From an uncultured delta proteobacterium (GTDB lineage: Bacteria > Desulfobacterota > Binatia > Binatales > Binataceae): a stretch of 64,000 nucleotides of DNA. The position numbers and the translations under genes are program-made. Below, one piece after another: positions 17,511 to 27,992 of this stretch. The stretch spans positions 672,001-736,000 of the forward strand of contig CAVQEQ010000003.1 in NCBI GenBank assembly GCA_963711565.1. The letters are read 5' to 3'. Each line of letters starts with the position of its first letter. The stretch's first letter is position 1. The notes beneath the pieces were generated by a model, which worked only from the letters and a program-made list of their open reading frames with translations, was not told where the DNA came from and made no database searches.

Positions 17511-19817
17511 CTATGACGCGGCGCGGGCGGGCTCCGGTTCGGCGTTGGTTGACAAAGCCGGGCCTCGCCGGAGGTTTGCGTAGGTTTTGAGTGCGGCGAT
17601 CACGAGCGGCACGACGCCGAGAAAAATGAAGATAAGATCGCCGGGCAGCCGCGCCCATTCGAGCGAGTGCATCAGCGTGCTGTGTCCGAACGCTTCGCTG
17701 CGTGCGTGCCAATAGCCGTTCTGCAGCACGTCATAAAGTTGCAGCACGCCGCCGGGGAACAGATTGGTAACGATCATCAGCAGGAGTCCGAGGTTCAGTC
17801 CTACGAACGAAACCCGGATGTATTTTTCAGTGTCGCGCCAATCCTCGTCGGAAGAGACCTGCCGAAAGGCGAAGACCATCAGCGCCACCGCCAACATTCC
17901 GAACACACCCATGAAGGCGGCGTGCGCGTGATTTGGCGTGAGCATGGTCCCGACCTCGAAGTAGCTCACGATCGGCATATTGATAAGGAAGCCGAACACG
18001 CCGGCGCCGACAAAGTTCCAGACTCCAACCGCCATCAGGAAGTAAAACGTCCATCGATGCGGCACGGAAATATCCTCGCCGCAGGTATCGCATCGCCCCT
18101 GGGTCAGCGCGATGAAATCCCACGCGTCGAGCGTCAGCAGCGTGAGTGGCACGACCTCCATCGCCGAGAACACCGAGCTCAGCGCCATCGCAATCTGCCC
18201 CTGGCCGGTGAAGTACCAATGATGCCCGGTGCCGATGATCCCGGCGCCGAGATAAAGCAGCGCGTCGAGATAGACGACGCGCGCGGCGGTCGTGCTCGAG
18301 ACGATTGCGAGCTGATAGAAAATGATCGCGACCGCGCAGGTGACGAACAACTCGAGAAAGTTTTCGACCCACAGATGGATGATCCAGAATCTCCACAGAT
18401 CGACGATCGTGAAGTTGGTCGCGGTGTTGTAAAAGAACGCGGGCACGTAGAAGACCGGAATCGTGACGGCGGCAGCGATGAAAAGCCATGAAAGCTCGCT
18501 CGATTCGTGGCCGCTAAGCCGCGGCGCGATCGCGCGATAGAGGAGCACAACCCATAGCGCCAAGCCCGCTGCGAGCATCATCTGCCACGCGCGTCCCAGG
18601 TCCAGATACTCCCACCCCTGGTCGCCGAACCAACTCCAGAATCTGCCGAACCATTGATGTACTCCGGCGAATTCGCCGAGCAGGCTGCCGACGACGACCA
18701 GTACCAGCGCCGCGAACAGGACGTTCACCCAGCGCGCCTGCCCGCGCGGCTCCGCGCCACCGATGACCGGCGCGAGGAACAGTCCGCCGGCTACATAGGA
18801 TGCGGCGATCCAGAAGATCGCGAGCTGCAGATGCCAAGTGCGCAGGATCTGGCTGGGCAAAATCGCCGAGAGATTAAATCCATAGAAGCTGCCGGAGTTG
18901 GCGCGGTAGTGCGCCGTGCCGCCACCGACCAGGGCCTGCGCAAGGAACAGCAGCGCAATCACCGCGAAGTACTTGATAGTTGCGCGCTGACTCGGCGTCG
19001 TCACACCGGCGAGCATCTTAGGATGCACATGCCCGCGCTGCCGGCGCCATCCAAGGAAGTCGAAGCGGCCGAATGCGAACAGCACCGCCGCAGTCGCGCC
19101 GAGCAGCGTGATCACGCTGAGCGCGCTCCATAGCACCGCGCCGCTGGTCGGCAGATTGCCCGCCGAGGGATCGTAGGGAAAATTGTTGGTGTACGAGTAG
19201 TTCAGTCCGGGCCGGTTCGCGACCGAAGCCCACGCCGCCCACGCGAAGAACGAGGTCAGCTCGCGCAGTTGAGCGGGATCGCTGATGTAATCGCGCGGAA
19301 GGCCGGCATCCTGCGACGGATTGGTGAAATATGCCGTCCATAAAGCGATCTGATGCTGATAAGAAGCGGCTTCCGCCTCGGTGAACGTGAGAGTCCCGGA
19401 GGCCGGGTCGTAGCGATTGCGCTTGAGCATCCGCGTGACTTCCGCGTTGACGATCAGGCGCCGGTTCGGCGCAATCTGCGCCGGCATCACGAAGCCGTGG
19501 CGTTCGCTGACGGTCTGTTCACTGTCGATTGCGAGCGTGTGCAGATACTGGGCCGAAAAATCGGGGCCGAGATAGGCGCCGTGTCCCCAGATCGTGCCGT
19601 TCTCCATCAAGCCGTAGCGCAGAAAGACCTGTTGACCGGCGGCGACATCGGCGGCGGTGAACAATACCGCTCCGTCGGGGCCGACGACACGTTCAGGAAT
19701 CGGCGGCGCGTCTGAGTAGGTCAGCTTCGCGAGCCATCCGAGCACGCAGAAGCACACAACGATCGTGACAATCGCGCAGCGTCGCCACCAGGGTGAGAGG
19801 GTTTGATCGTCAGGCAT
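17511..19817 (-). CDS. norZ: Quinol-dependent nitric oxide reductase (qNor)
   Basis: GTIWGHGAYLGPDF, YTNNFPYDP, RTWHLQ, HLWVENFLELF, GTGHHWY, NHAHAAFMGVFG, RLPGD. Confidence 0.93.
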   Translation of the reverse strand: MPDDQTLSPWWRRCAIVTIVVCFCVLGWLAKLTYSDAPPIPERVVGPDGAVLFTAADVAAGQQVFLRYGLMENGTIWGHGAYLGPDFSAQYLHTLAIDSEQTVSERHGFVMPAQIAPNRRLIVNAEVTRMLKRNRYDPASGTLTFTEAEAASYQHQIALWTAYFTNPSQDAGLPRDYISDPAQLRELTSFFAWAAWASVANRPGLNYSYTNNFPYDPSAGNLPTSGAVLWSALSVITLLGATAAVLFAFGRFDFLGWRRQRGHVHPKMLAGVTTPSQRATIKYFAVIALLFLAQALVGGGTAHYRANSGSFYGFNLSAILPSQILRTWHLQLAIFWIAASYVAGGLFLAPVIGGAEPRGQARWVNVLFAALVLVVVGSLLGEFAGVHQWFGRFWSWFGDQGWEYLDLGRAWQMMLAAGLALWVVLLYRAIAPRLSGHESSELSWLFIAAAVTIPVFYVPAFFYNTATNFTIVDLWRFWIIHLWVENFLELFVTCAVAIIFYQLAIVSSTTAARVVYLDALLYLGAGIIGTGHHWYFTGQGQIAMALSSVFSAMEVVPLTLLTLDAWDFIALTQGRCDTCGEDISVPHRWTFYFLMAVGVWNFVGAGVFGFLINMPIVSYFEVGTMLTPNHAHAAFMGVFGMLAVALMVFAFRQVSSDEDWRDTEKYIRVSFVGLNLGLLLMIVTNLFPGGVLQLYDVLQNGYWHARSEAFGHSTLMHSLEWARLPGDLIFIFLGVVPLVIAALKTYANLRRGPALSTNAEPEPARAAS

Positions 19818-19980
19818 TGCGACTCCTTGTTCTGCGGTGAGTTCGAGAGACCGAACACCTTCGCCTTCGCGCGATAAAGCAGGTCGATGCCGTTCGGAAC
19901 TATGTAATCTAAAATCGCAAGTTTCAATCGCTCGGACGAATGTCTAAACTTGGTTGCTGCATTCGGTCCGGATCGAAACA

Positions 19981-21171
19981 ATGAGACTGGCAATTCCAGG
20001 GTTTGCGATTATCGATCGCTACGTCGCGCGCGAAGTGCTCGCGCCGTTCGCGGTTGACGTCGGCCTGCTGACCTTCGCGCTGGTCACCGGCAAATTGCTC
20101 AAGCTGATGGACATGGTCGTCAATCACGGCGTCAGCCTCGGCGAGGTCTGCGGGATAATCGGGTACATCATGCCGGCCTTTCTTGAGCTGACGTTTCCGA
20201 TGGCGGTGCTGCTCGGCGTGTTGATGGGCTTCGGGCGGATGTCGAGCGACCAGGAGATGACCGCGGCGCGCGCCTGCGGCATCAGCCTGTACCGGCTGGC
20301 GGTGCCGGTGATGATCGTGGCGCTGGGGGTGTACGCGATTTCGAGCTACTTCGCGTTCTCGCTGCGGCCGTGGGCGAATTCCAATCTGCGCAACAAGCTC
20401 TACGAGCTCAGCCAGACCCGCACGAGCGCCGGGTTGAAGGAAAAAATCTTCAACAGCAATTTTCCCGGCCTGGTCGTTTACGTTAACGAGATGTCCGACA
20501 CCGACTCGAGCATGAAGGGCGTCATGATCTCGGACGCGCGCGATCCGCATAACCAGAACACGATAATCGCCAAGCGCGGAGCGATGATCCCCGATACGAA
20601 GAACAAGTCGATCACGCTGCGGCTGTTCGACGGCTCGATTTTCGGGGTCGAGCCGCAGGACAACTCGACACACGTCACCAGCTTCAAGACCTACGACCTC
20701 AGCGTCAATTCCGAGGAGTCGCTCGGCGTCGCCGACGTGGAGCCGGACGAAATGACGTACGCGGTCCTGCGCGCCGATATCGCAGCCGCGCGCGCCAAAG
20801 GCAAGCCGGACTACGACGCCGAGACCGAGATGGCGAGCAAGTTTACCGTCCCGTTCGCGACGATGCTGTTCGCGCTGCTCGGTATCTCGCTCGGCTTGAA
20901 GCCGGCGCGCGGCGGGCATTCGGAGCGCTTCGGCGTGAGCGTCGCGCTGTTCTTTCTTTATTATTCGCTGATGCGCGTGGGCGAGACGTTGGCGCAGCGC
21001 GGACGGCTCAACTCTTGGATCGCGATGAGTATCCCGGACATCGTGTTCATGGCGCTGGCGTTCTGGTTCTTCTATCGCGCGGCGTCCGACAGGGCTGACC
21101 AGGGGCGCGGCCCCGGCGACATCATCTGGGACCTGGTCGAGCGTTACGAACGCAGCAGGCAGGCAGCATGA
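19981..21171 (+). CDS. lptF: LPS export ABC permease LptF
   Basis: YjgP/Q pattern (IIDRYVARE, RMSSDQEMTAARACGISL); first of a tandem pair. Confidence 0.9.
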   Translation: MRLAIPGFAIIDRYVAREVLAPFAVDVGLLTFALVTGKLLKLMDMVVNHGVSLGEVCGIIGYIMPAFLELTFPMAVLLGVLMGFGRMSSDQEMTAARACGISLYRLAVPVMIVALGVYAISSYFAFSLRPWANSNLRNKLYELSQTRTSAGLKEKIFNSNFPGLVVYVNEMSDTDSSMKGVMISDARDPHNQNTIIAKRGAMIPDTKNKSITLRLFDGSIFGVEPQDNSTHVTSFKTYDLSVNSEESLGVADVEPDEMTYAVLRADIAAARAKGKPDYDAETEMASKFTVPFATMLFALLGISLGLKPARGGHSERFGVSVALFFLYYSLMRVGETLAQRGRLNSWIAMSIPDIVFMALAFWFFYRAASDRADQGRGPGDIIWDLVERYERSRQAA

Positions 21172-22268
21172 GACTTCGACCGCGCCTGTCGCCGGTGATG
21201 GATCGCTTTATCGCGGGCCAGTTCTTCGGCCCGTTCATGGTCTGCCTGGCGGCGTTCACGGCGGCCTATCTGCTCGGCGATATGTTCGATCGGTTCGACG
21301 ATTTGATCCGCTACGGCGGGCTAGGACTGTTGGGCCTCGAGTACTTCGCGCTCAAGCTGCCGCTGATCGTCTCGCAGGTGCTGCCGGTGGCGTGCCTGGC
21401 CGGCGTGCTGCTCGGCTTCGCGCTGCTCAATCGATCGGGCGAGGTGCTCGCATGCCAGCAACTCGGTATCAGCCGGCTCGAGATGGCGGTGCCGGTGCTG
21501 CTGGTCGCGATTTTGATTTCGGGTTTCGATTTCCTGATCAGCGAGACCGTGGTGCCCGCGGCGACGCGCCAAGCGAAGTACATCTACTCGGTGGAACTCA
21601 AGAAACGTCAGCTCAGGGCGATGTTCGCCAACCGGCGCATCTGGGTGCGCGTGCGCGACGGCTTCGTTTCAGTCGACAGCTTCGACAAGAAGCAGGAGCT
21701 GCTGACGGGAATAACCCACTACCAACTCGATGGCGCGTTCGGGCTTAAAGCCCTCGAACATGCGGCGAGCGCACGATGGGACGGTCACAATTGGGTCGAG
21801 GTGGGGGAGAATTCCTACCAGGTCGCCGAGGGCGGCGTCGTGACCAAAACCGGCGCCACGCAACTCGAGCTCGGATTGACGCCCGCCGATTTCGGCCTGC
21901 TGCGCTTCGACCCCGAGGAGTTCAGCCTGTGGGAGCTCGACCGCTATATCGCGGACCTGCGCAGCAAGGGGCTGGACCCCGGCGGCTACGTCGTCGATCG
22001 CGATTTGAAATACGCGATGCCGCTGGCGTGCGTGATAATGGTCGCGCTTGGGATGGCGCTCAGCCTCGATCCGCTGCCACGTAACATGAGTCTCGGCCGC
22101 AGCTTCGGGCTGGCAATCGTGATCGGCTTCGCCTATTGGACCGCGTTGGGAATCACCTCGGCGCTGGGCCGTTCAGCTCTGCTGCCGGCGGTGGTCGCCG
22201 CGTGGATTCCGAACTTCATGTTCGCGATGATCGCGATCGCAATCTTCCTGTTCGGCGAAGAACGCTGA
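21168..22268 (+). CDS. lptG: LPS export ABC permease LptG
   Basis: LNRSGEVLA..GIS, AAWIPNF; ATGA overlap with lptF. Confidence 0.88.
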   Translation: MRLRPRLSPVMDRFIAGQFFGPFMVCLAAFTAAYLLGDMFDRFDDLIRYGGLGLLGLEYFALKLPLIVSQVLPVACLAGVLLGFALLNRSGEVLACQQLGISRLEMAVPVLLVAILISGFDFLISETVVPAATRQAKYIYSVELKKRQLRAMFANRRIWVRVRDGFVSVDSFDKKQELLTGITHYQLDGAFGLKALEHAASARWDGHNWVEVGENSYQVAEGGVVTKTGATQLELGLTPADFGLLRFDPEEFSLWELDRYIADLRSKGLDPGGYVVDRDLKYAMPLACVIMVALGMALSLDPLPRNMSLGRSFGLAIVIGFAYWTALGITSALGRSALLPAVVAAWIPNFMFAMIAIAIFLFGEER

Positions 22269-22294
22269 CGACAGACATCTGCCCCTCGCGACGC

Positions 22295-23179
22295 TCAGTT
22301 GTGCGTATAGGTCATCGAGAATCCGACGTTCACGGTATTCGTTGGCACGAGAGTCGGATCGGCGTACGCGATTACAGTTGCATATGCGCCGGCGGGAACG
22401 CCCGTGTTGCTCCCAGTGGCACTGCATTGCACCGCCGAGTCGGCAATCGAGCACAGGCTGGCGCAGCTGAGCAGACTCAAATCGGGATTGAAGACGCATA
22501 TCTCGAAATCATAGGCTCCGCCCAATCCCGGGTTGGAACTGATCAGTGCCTGAAAATGTCCCAACACGCCGCCCGCGTTGCCAAAAAGGCCGCCAAGCAG
22601 CGGCGTCAACGCAATGTTCAGAGGTTTTGCCGGTGGTGGCGAGAGGGGAGTAGCAGCGGCAAATGATACGCCTCCGAATGGCATATAAAGCCCGTTGGTG
22701 GGGAGCGTGTTGAGGGGGGTCAACTGAGCGACTTGAAATTCGGCAACCTTTGAGCCCTGTGTGCCTCCCGTAAGCATCACCGCGTTAACGGTATTGAGTC
22801 CGTTGATACCAGAAGCCCCCGCCACGCCCATTGATCCCGGGGCCCCCGTCGGTCCGACTGGGCCGCGAATTCCCTGCGGTCCCTGTGGCCCTGTCACTCC
22901 CCCCAAACCTACAGTTCCGACATCGCCATTTGGACCTTGCGGTCCCTGCGGCCCGGTCGGTCCTGTCGGTCCCGTAGCTCCTGCCGGTCCGATATTCACC
23001 CAAGTCAGCGAGGTCTGATCCGGCTCGCAGGCCGTGTTAATGCCCTTTATGAGACCCTTTTTGGTGACGCAAATCGAGGTCGTCTGCGCGCGCGCGCCTG
23101 ACGGGAAGACGAGCGCAATGATTGCACTCGCCGCCATCGCTCCCAGCCATATCAGTGCCTTGCTCTTACAATAACTCAT
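22295..23179 (-). CDS. Secreted collagen-like protein (paralog 3): 22 Gly-X-Y triplets plus Cys-containing C-terminal domain
   Basis: GGAGG RBS, signal peptide ending ARA-Q, uninterrupted GXY run. Confidence 0.85.
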   Translation of the reverse strand: MSYCKSKALIWLGAMAASAIIALVFPSGARAQTTSICVTKKGLIKGINTACEPDQTSLTWVNIGPAGATGPTGPTGPQGPQGPNGDVGTVGLGGVTGPQGPQGIRGPVGPTGAPGSMGVAGASGINGLNTVNAVMLTGGTQGSKVAEFQVAQLTPLNTLPTNGLYMPFGGVSFAAATPLSPPPAKPLNIALTPLLGGLFGNAGGVLGHFQALISSNPGLGGAYDFEICVFNPDLSLLSCASLCSIADSAVQCSATGSNTGVPAGAYATVIAYADPTLVPTNTVNVGFSMTYTHN

Positions 23180-23259
23180 GCCCAAGGTCCTCCTGCGGTT
23201 GCGCCTCGGGTTTGCGAACTGCACGTCGAGTCGATCGCCTTGAGCATCCATCGCTGCCC

Positions 23260-24078
23260 TCACTGCATGGCCAGATTGAGCGACCAGGTGACCTGCGCCA
23301 AACCGTCCCCCGATGTATCTGTAGTGGAGGTTTGTATCGTCACTCTGTCACCCTGGTTGATCTGAATGACGTCCTCTATGTCCTCGCAGGCAAAATCGCC
23401 CGCTGCAATTGTGCATGTCACGGGCGTGCCACCTGCGGGGCAAACGTCGTTGACACACACGTCAAAAGTGTCGGTCTGACCCGCAGGCGGCGGGTTATCG
23501 ACAAGGATTGCCAGGTTCGTGAGCGATCCGGCGGGCAGGGGGGTACTTTCCGAAGCGAGTGAATTTGTATCCGAGACAGAGCATGAATTGCTGGGGCCCA
23601 GATAGCCGTTAAAGAACGGCATCACACACCAGGCCCCCGTTATGTACGTGGCATAACTGCTTCCGGTAAGCGTAGCGAGATTGTCGCCTGTGGTGCCGAC
23701 GGTGCCTGGAGTCCCAGGCGTGCCCGAGGCGCCGACCGGGCCTTGCGGACCTTGACGGCCCTGCAACCCTGTCGGTCCGGTCATACCAATCGCACCTTGG
23801 GGACCTTGCGGACCCAGCGGACCCTGCGCACCCGTCGGACCTTGCACACCCTGCACTCCGATCGGGCCGGAGGGTCCGGTCGGTCCCTGGATGTTCCATG
23901 TCAGGTTGACCTCCAGGAATTTGCAGGGAACGTTGATGCCGGAGATTTTTCCCTTCCGGCTCACGCAAATCTCGATTGGTTGTGACTGGGCGCTTACCCT
24001 CGAGGCCATCGCCATCGAGGTCGCGGCAGCGAAAATCGCAAGGAGCACCGGCCGCGATTGCCTAATCAATGCGAGCAT
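23260..24078 (-). CDS. Secreted collagen-like protein (paralog 2): 23 Gly-X-Y triplets
   Basis: GGAGGGG RBS before ATG 24078, signal peptide ending VSA-Q, GXY run, GDRV motif near the C-terminus. Confidence 0.85.
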   Translation of the reverse strand: MLALIRQSRPVLLAIFAAATSMAMASRVSAQSQPIEICVSRKGKISGINVPCKFLEVNLTWNIQGPTGPSGPIGVQGVQGPTGAQGPLGPQGPQGAIGMTGPTGLQGRQGPQGPVGASGTPGTPGTVGTTGDNLATLTGSSYATYITGAWCVMPFFNGYLGPSNSCSVSDTNSLASESTPLPAGSLTNLAILVDNPPPAGQTDTFDVCVNDVCPAGGTPVTCTIAAGDFACEDIEDVIQINQGDRVTIQTSTTDTSGDGLAQVTWSLNLAMQ

Positions 24079-24145
24079 CGTGGTCCCCTCCCGTTCGTTA
24101 GGCATTCGAATTGATCCTTCAGAGCCTTCGCCAGTTCCTCGTCGA

Positions 24146-24979
24146 TCACGGGCTCGACTGGGTAACGGTGTGTTCGAGCGAGTAGGTAACGTCGGTAGAA
24201 TTCGTGCCGGTGGTGGCACGCCCGACGATGGCGACCCGGTCGCCGTCATTCACGCTCACGTTGTCGATTGTGTCGTTGCAACTGGTGGTCGGATCGTTGA
24301 TGGTGCATGTCAGCGGCGTTGAGCAGTTTTCATTCACGCAGAGAACGAACACGTAAGAGCCCGTGGTGTCGCTGGGGCTGCCGGGATTCATGTCGGTTTG
24401 GACCAGCAACTCGCTGAGCGTTCCCGCCGACACCGGCACTTCGACGTTGGCGAGCGTGGTATCGGCGCCATTGCCGGGACCCATGTACAAGGTCTTGTTC
24501 CCGGGACTGCCCATGCCGCCAAGCACCAGGTTGAAAGCGAACCCCACGTCCTCGCCCGACGTTCCTCCAGCGATTATCTGAGTGTTAGTCCCATTGAGGC
24601 CGGCAGCTCCCAAAGCGCCCGTCGGACCCTGAACTCCCATCGGTCCCTGTACGCCAGTCAGACCCTGCGGTCCCTGCGAGCCGGCAGGTCCGACAAAACC
24701 TTGCGCTCCCGCCGGTCCGGTCGGTCCGATACTTCCCACGGCACCGATAGGTCCCTGCAATCCAATGGGGCCGGTCGGGCCCTGGACTCCAGCAGCATTC
24801 CAGGTGAGCGTCACCTGCGGCTTGGTGCAGGCGATGTCGATGCCTTTGATTCTGCCTTGCCGATTGACGCAGAGGGTGATGGTTTGGCCGGAGCTTGACG
24901 GTACGACAGCCGCGAGCATCGCGATACCTGCCGCGGCCGAAAGAGCAACCCGCAGTCCACGGCGTACTAAAGACTGCAT
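24146..24979 (-). CDS. Secreted collagen-like protein (paralog 1): 23 Gly-X-Y triplets
   Basis: GGAGGGG RBS, signal peptide, GXY run, GDRV motif. Confidence 0.85.
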   Translation of the reverse strand: MQSLVRRGLRVALSAAAGIAMLAAVVPSSSGQTITLCVNRQGRIKGIDIACTKPQVTLTWNAAGVQGPTGPIGLQGPIGAVGSIGPTGPAGAQGFVGPAGSQGPQGLTGVQGPMGVQGPTGALGAAGLNGTNTQIIAGGTSGEDVGFAFNLVLGGMGSPGNKTLYMGPGNGADTTLANVEVPVSAGTLSELLVQTDMNPGSPSDTTGSYVFVLCVNENCSTPLTCTINDPTTSCNDTIDNVSVNDGDRVAIVGRATTGTNSTDVTYSLEHTVTQSSP

Positions 24980-25181
24980 CTTTCCCCTCCCCGAAAGTAC
25001 TTACCCCGCCAGGCCGCGCAGCCGGCTCTCGGATGCGTCACCTTCGTTCGCACTTCCTGCGCACGGGAGTACATCGGGCACAGAGTTGCGTCAATCAGTA
25101 AGCGTCCGAAACGTAGCAAGAGCACAAACTTTTAGAGTCAATTATGAACTTTGGCCTAGCGACCGATTTGGTGCACAACCG

Positions 25182-27116
25182 TTACTTCCGCACGCCGCGC
25201 CTTACCGTCCTTGTCGGCGGATCGATCTGATTGCCGACGATCGCATTGGTGATGTCGAAGCATCCGGCGTCGCCGTCCGGGTTCCTGAGTATCAGCGCGA
25301 ACGGCCCATCACCAAGCGGCGTCAAGTCGACACCTGTGAACTCAAGGTTGATCGTCCATTCCCCACACGCCGGTGCCGCCGGCGTCGGCAGCTCGACCAT
25401 CCTGACCGTGAGGTTCTCGGGTGGATCTATAGAGGACAGAGTTCCATAGATCTGGTGATTGACCGTCTGTACCGCCCAGGAATTCAGAAAAAACCCTATT
25501 GCGTCAGGGCCAGACGCGGCACAACTGCCCGGCTCAATAGCTACATCGATGCCATTGAACGGATCATCGCCCGCGTCGCAGGCCGGGAAGCCAAGCTCGG
25601 TGAAGGTAAACGACGTGTTGAGCAGATTTCCGGATGGAGTACTCGAATGGACTATCTGCAGCCTCTCGCCGCTCGCTGAGATCACAATCGGCGTCGTTTG
25701 CAACTCGAATGCACCGGCGTCGCAGAAGTTGGGATTGCCGGGGTCTGGGCGCGGGAAGCCGCGCTGGTCGGTCGTCAGCTGCATCGGCGGCGATTCCTGG
25801 TCGGTGCAATCGAGGACCGGAATAAAATGGACAGCTTCGCTATCGTCTTCGAGCGCGATGGTCTGGGTCGGTCCGCCGTTGTTCTGCAAGCCCGCCGGGT
25901 CCAGATTCAGAGTCGTGCTGCCATTGATGCTCTTACCGCTGGGCGCCTCGGTGAAGTCGCACGAGGCGTCATCGGAGATGTTGTAGTCCGCGTCGCCAAT
26001 CGGGCCATCGCAGTTCCCGCCGTCTGGTTCGGCGGCCAGAATCGTGCCCTTGAGCGTTGCAGTAGCGCCGTTTCTAATGCCGCCGCCGCCAGTACCCGCG
26101 CTGTTGCCGGAGAACGTGCTGTTGGTGACCGTCAGCTTGTCGAAGTTCGCAATACCGCCGCCGATGTCGCCAGCGCCGTTGCCGGAGAAGGTGCTGTTGG
26201 TGACCGTCAGCGCGCCGTCCTCGTTCGCGATGCCGCCGCCTTGGCTCGCGCTGTTGTCTGAGAACGTGCTGTTGGTGACCGTCAGCTTGTCGAAGTTCCC
26301 GATGCCGCCGCCAACGTCGCCAACGCCGTTGCCGGAGAAGGTGCTGTTGGTGACCGTCAGCGCGCCGTCGTTGTCGATGCCGCCGCCTTCGTTCGCGGTG
26401 TTGCCGGAGAAGGTGCTGTTGGTGACCGTCAGCGTGCCGCCGAAGTTCTCGATGCCGCCGCCGCCGCCGTGAGCGCTGTTGCCGGAGAACGTGCTGTTGG
26501 TGACCGTCAGCGTGCCTACGTTCTCGATGCCGCCGCCCTCACCGGCCAACACACTGTTGCCGGAGAAGGTGCTGTTGGTGACCATCAGCGTGCCGCTGTT
26601 GTAAATGCCGCCGCCGTTCTCGTCAGAGGTGCGGTTGTCGAAGAACGTGCAGTTGGTGACGGTCAGCGTACTGGTGTTCTCAATGCCGCCGCCGTTGCCG
26701 CCGGGGAATGAGCCGTCGGCAATGGTCAAATTCTGCAAGAGCGTGGCACCCCCGCCCACCTCCATAACTTGCACGTTGCCCCCGCCGCTGATCGTGATGC
26801 CCGGCGCGCCGGTCGGCCCGGTGATGGTCAAGTTGCTATCGGTAATCGTAGGCAGGGTGCTCTCCAGCGTGATCGTGCCGGTGAGGCCGGGCTCAAACAC
26901 GATGCTGTCGGTCCCGCTGCCGGCCGCGCACCCATTGGTTGCCGTCATGCTGTTAGCCGCGGTGATCGCGTCGCGCAGGATGCAGATGCTTGTAGCGCCG
27001 ATATCGCTCAGGCTTGTCACCGTGATGGTGTTAGCGCGCGCCATCCCCGACATCACCAGAAACAAAACCGGCAGCGCAACTGCTGCGGGCGCAATGCGTC
27101 GAATTCGATCTGCCAT
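25182..27116 (-). CDS. Secreted beta-helix repeat protein (CSLREA-like N-terminus, Pmp-type GG repeats, choice-of-anchor-Q-like region)
   Basis: Signal peptide; CILRDAITAAN; repeats GGGI.N.G.LTVTNSTFSGN; LQNNGGPTQTIAL...TDQRGFPRP...CDAGAFE. Confidence 0.85.
   Translation of the reverse strand: MADRIRRIAPAAVALPVLFLVMSGMARANTITVTSLSDIGATSICILRDAITAANSMTATNGCAAGSGTDSIVFEPGLTGTITLESTLPTITDSNLTITGPTGAPGITISGGGNVQVMEVGGGATLLQNLTIADGSFPGGNGGGIENTSTLTVTNCTFFDNRTSDENGGGIYNSGTLMVTNSTFSGNSVLAGEGGGIENVGTLTVTNSTFSGNSAHGGGGGIENFGGTLTVTNSTFSGNTANEGGGIDNDGALTVTNSTFSGNGVGDVGGGIGNFDKLTVTNSTFSDNSASQGGGIANEDGALTVTNSTFSGNGAGDIGGGIANFDKLTVTNSTFSGNSAGTGGGGIRNGATATLKGTILAAEPDGGNCDGPIGDADYNISDDASCDFTEAPSGKSINGSTTLNLDPAGLQNNGGPTQTIALEDDSEAVHFIPVLDCTDQESPPMQLTTDQRGFPRPDPGNPNFCDAGAFELQTTPIVISASGERLQIVHSSTPSGNLLNTSFTFTELGFPACDAGDDPFNGIDVAIEPGSCAASGPDAIGFFLNSWAVQTVNHQIYGTLSSIDPPENLTVRMVELPTPAAPACGEWTINLEFTGVDLTPLGDGPFALILRNPDGDAGCFDITNAIVGNQIDPPTRTVRRGVRK
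26100..26670. repeat. Coding tandem repeat, period 72-78 bp, about 8 units
   Basis: Core GTGCTGTTGGTGACCGTCAGC at 26116, 26191, 26266, 26341, 26413, 26491; variants at 26569 and about 26646. Confidence 0.9.
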
Positions 27117-27276
27117 GGACCCCTCCCCGCGGCGCCATTCGGCCGCATCGGCAAATTTCGGCTAGTAAGCCGACTTTAGAGCGTTCGGCACAATCTCGCA
27201 TCACGTCAAGCTACTGTCAATTTATAAAAATCGACAAAATGGCAGGATGTACGCGGAACTGCGCTGAGGCGAAGTG

Positions 27277-27843
27277 TCAGGCGCGGATGCGGGCCACGCG
27301 GGCGCGGGCGACGATTTCCTCGACGACTGCGGTCTTGGCGTCGGCGTAGTTCTGCACGTATTTCCAGGTCTGATTCGCCAAGCCGCGCTTGGTGCGCTCG
27401 TAAAGCTCGCGGTCCGCATCGTTGGTCCGCAGCCAGTCGCGGAACATCAGCATCTTGTCTATCTCGGGGCATCCGAACGAGTAGACGTGGAGATTGATGT
27501 CGGCGTCGGGACCCTTGAACAGCCGATGCTGATGCCAATCCGGCTCGCGGATGTGGAGCACATATCCCGCCGATTCCATCGCGGGGACGTATGCCGGCTC
27601 GTCGGCGGAATCTGCGACGGCGAGAATCATGTCGACGATAGGCTTGGCGGCGAGCCCGGGCACCGAAGTCGAGCCGACGTGCTCGAGCATCAGGGCGCGT
27701 CAACCAAGCGTCGCGCGGACGCGATCGGCCTCGCGGATGAAGGTCGCAGGCCGTTCGGCGCTGTACGCGATCAGCCGAATCGGAGCGTTATGCGGACGCT
27801 GCCCGCCAATGTGCACGGCCTGGATCTGTTCTTCAGTAGCCAT
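27277..27843 (-). pseudogene. GrpB/UPF0157 family nucleotidyltransferase-like protein with an in-frame TGA at 27700-27702 (possibly a sequence error)
   Basis: EHVGSTSVPGLAAKPIVD, NLHV, FRDWLR, Y..AKT; the upstream ORF is in frame (TLG*RALMLEH). Confidence 0.8.
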
Positions 27844-27992
27844 GTCGTGGTTCCATTCGTTCAGGTCCGACAATACGGTGCGCCGAACTCGAAAATGCAG
27901 CAAGAGTCCAGCTTGGCCGCCGATAGGGCGCGGGAGACGTTTTCATCCTCGCCGCGTCGCGCTACGCTGGTGCCCGCAAAGGAGACCTCATC

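Noticed and set aside
17511-19817. Possible NO dismutase (Nod)
   Set aside because: The GHH non-heme iron ligands, the quinol-site His (RTWH) and Asp (PGD), and the conserved glutamates are retained as in ordinary qNor
26100-26670. Regularly spaced 21-bp repeats resembling a CRISPR array
   Set aside because: The periods are multiples of 3, the 'spacers' are similar to each other, the tract encodes in-frame beta-helix repeats, and no cas genes are present
27700-27702. TGA as selenocysteine or programmed readthrough
   Set aside because: The position is not a Cys site in GrpB-family proteins, no convincing SECIS was seen, and the CGAC->CAAC pattern explains it
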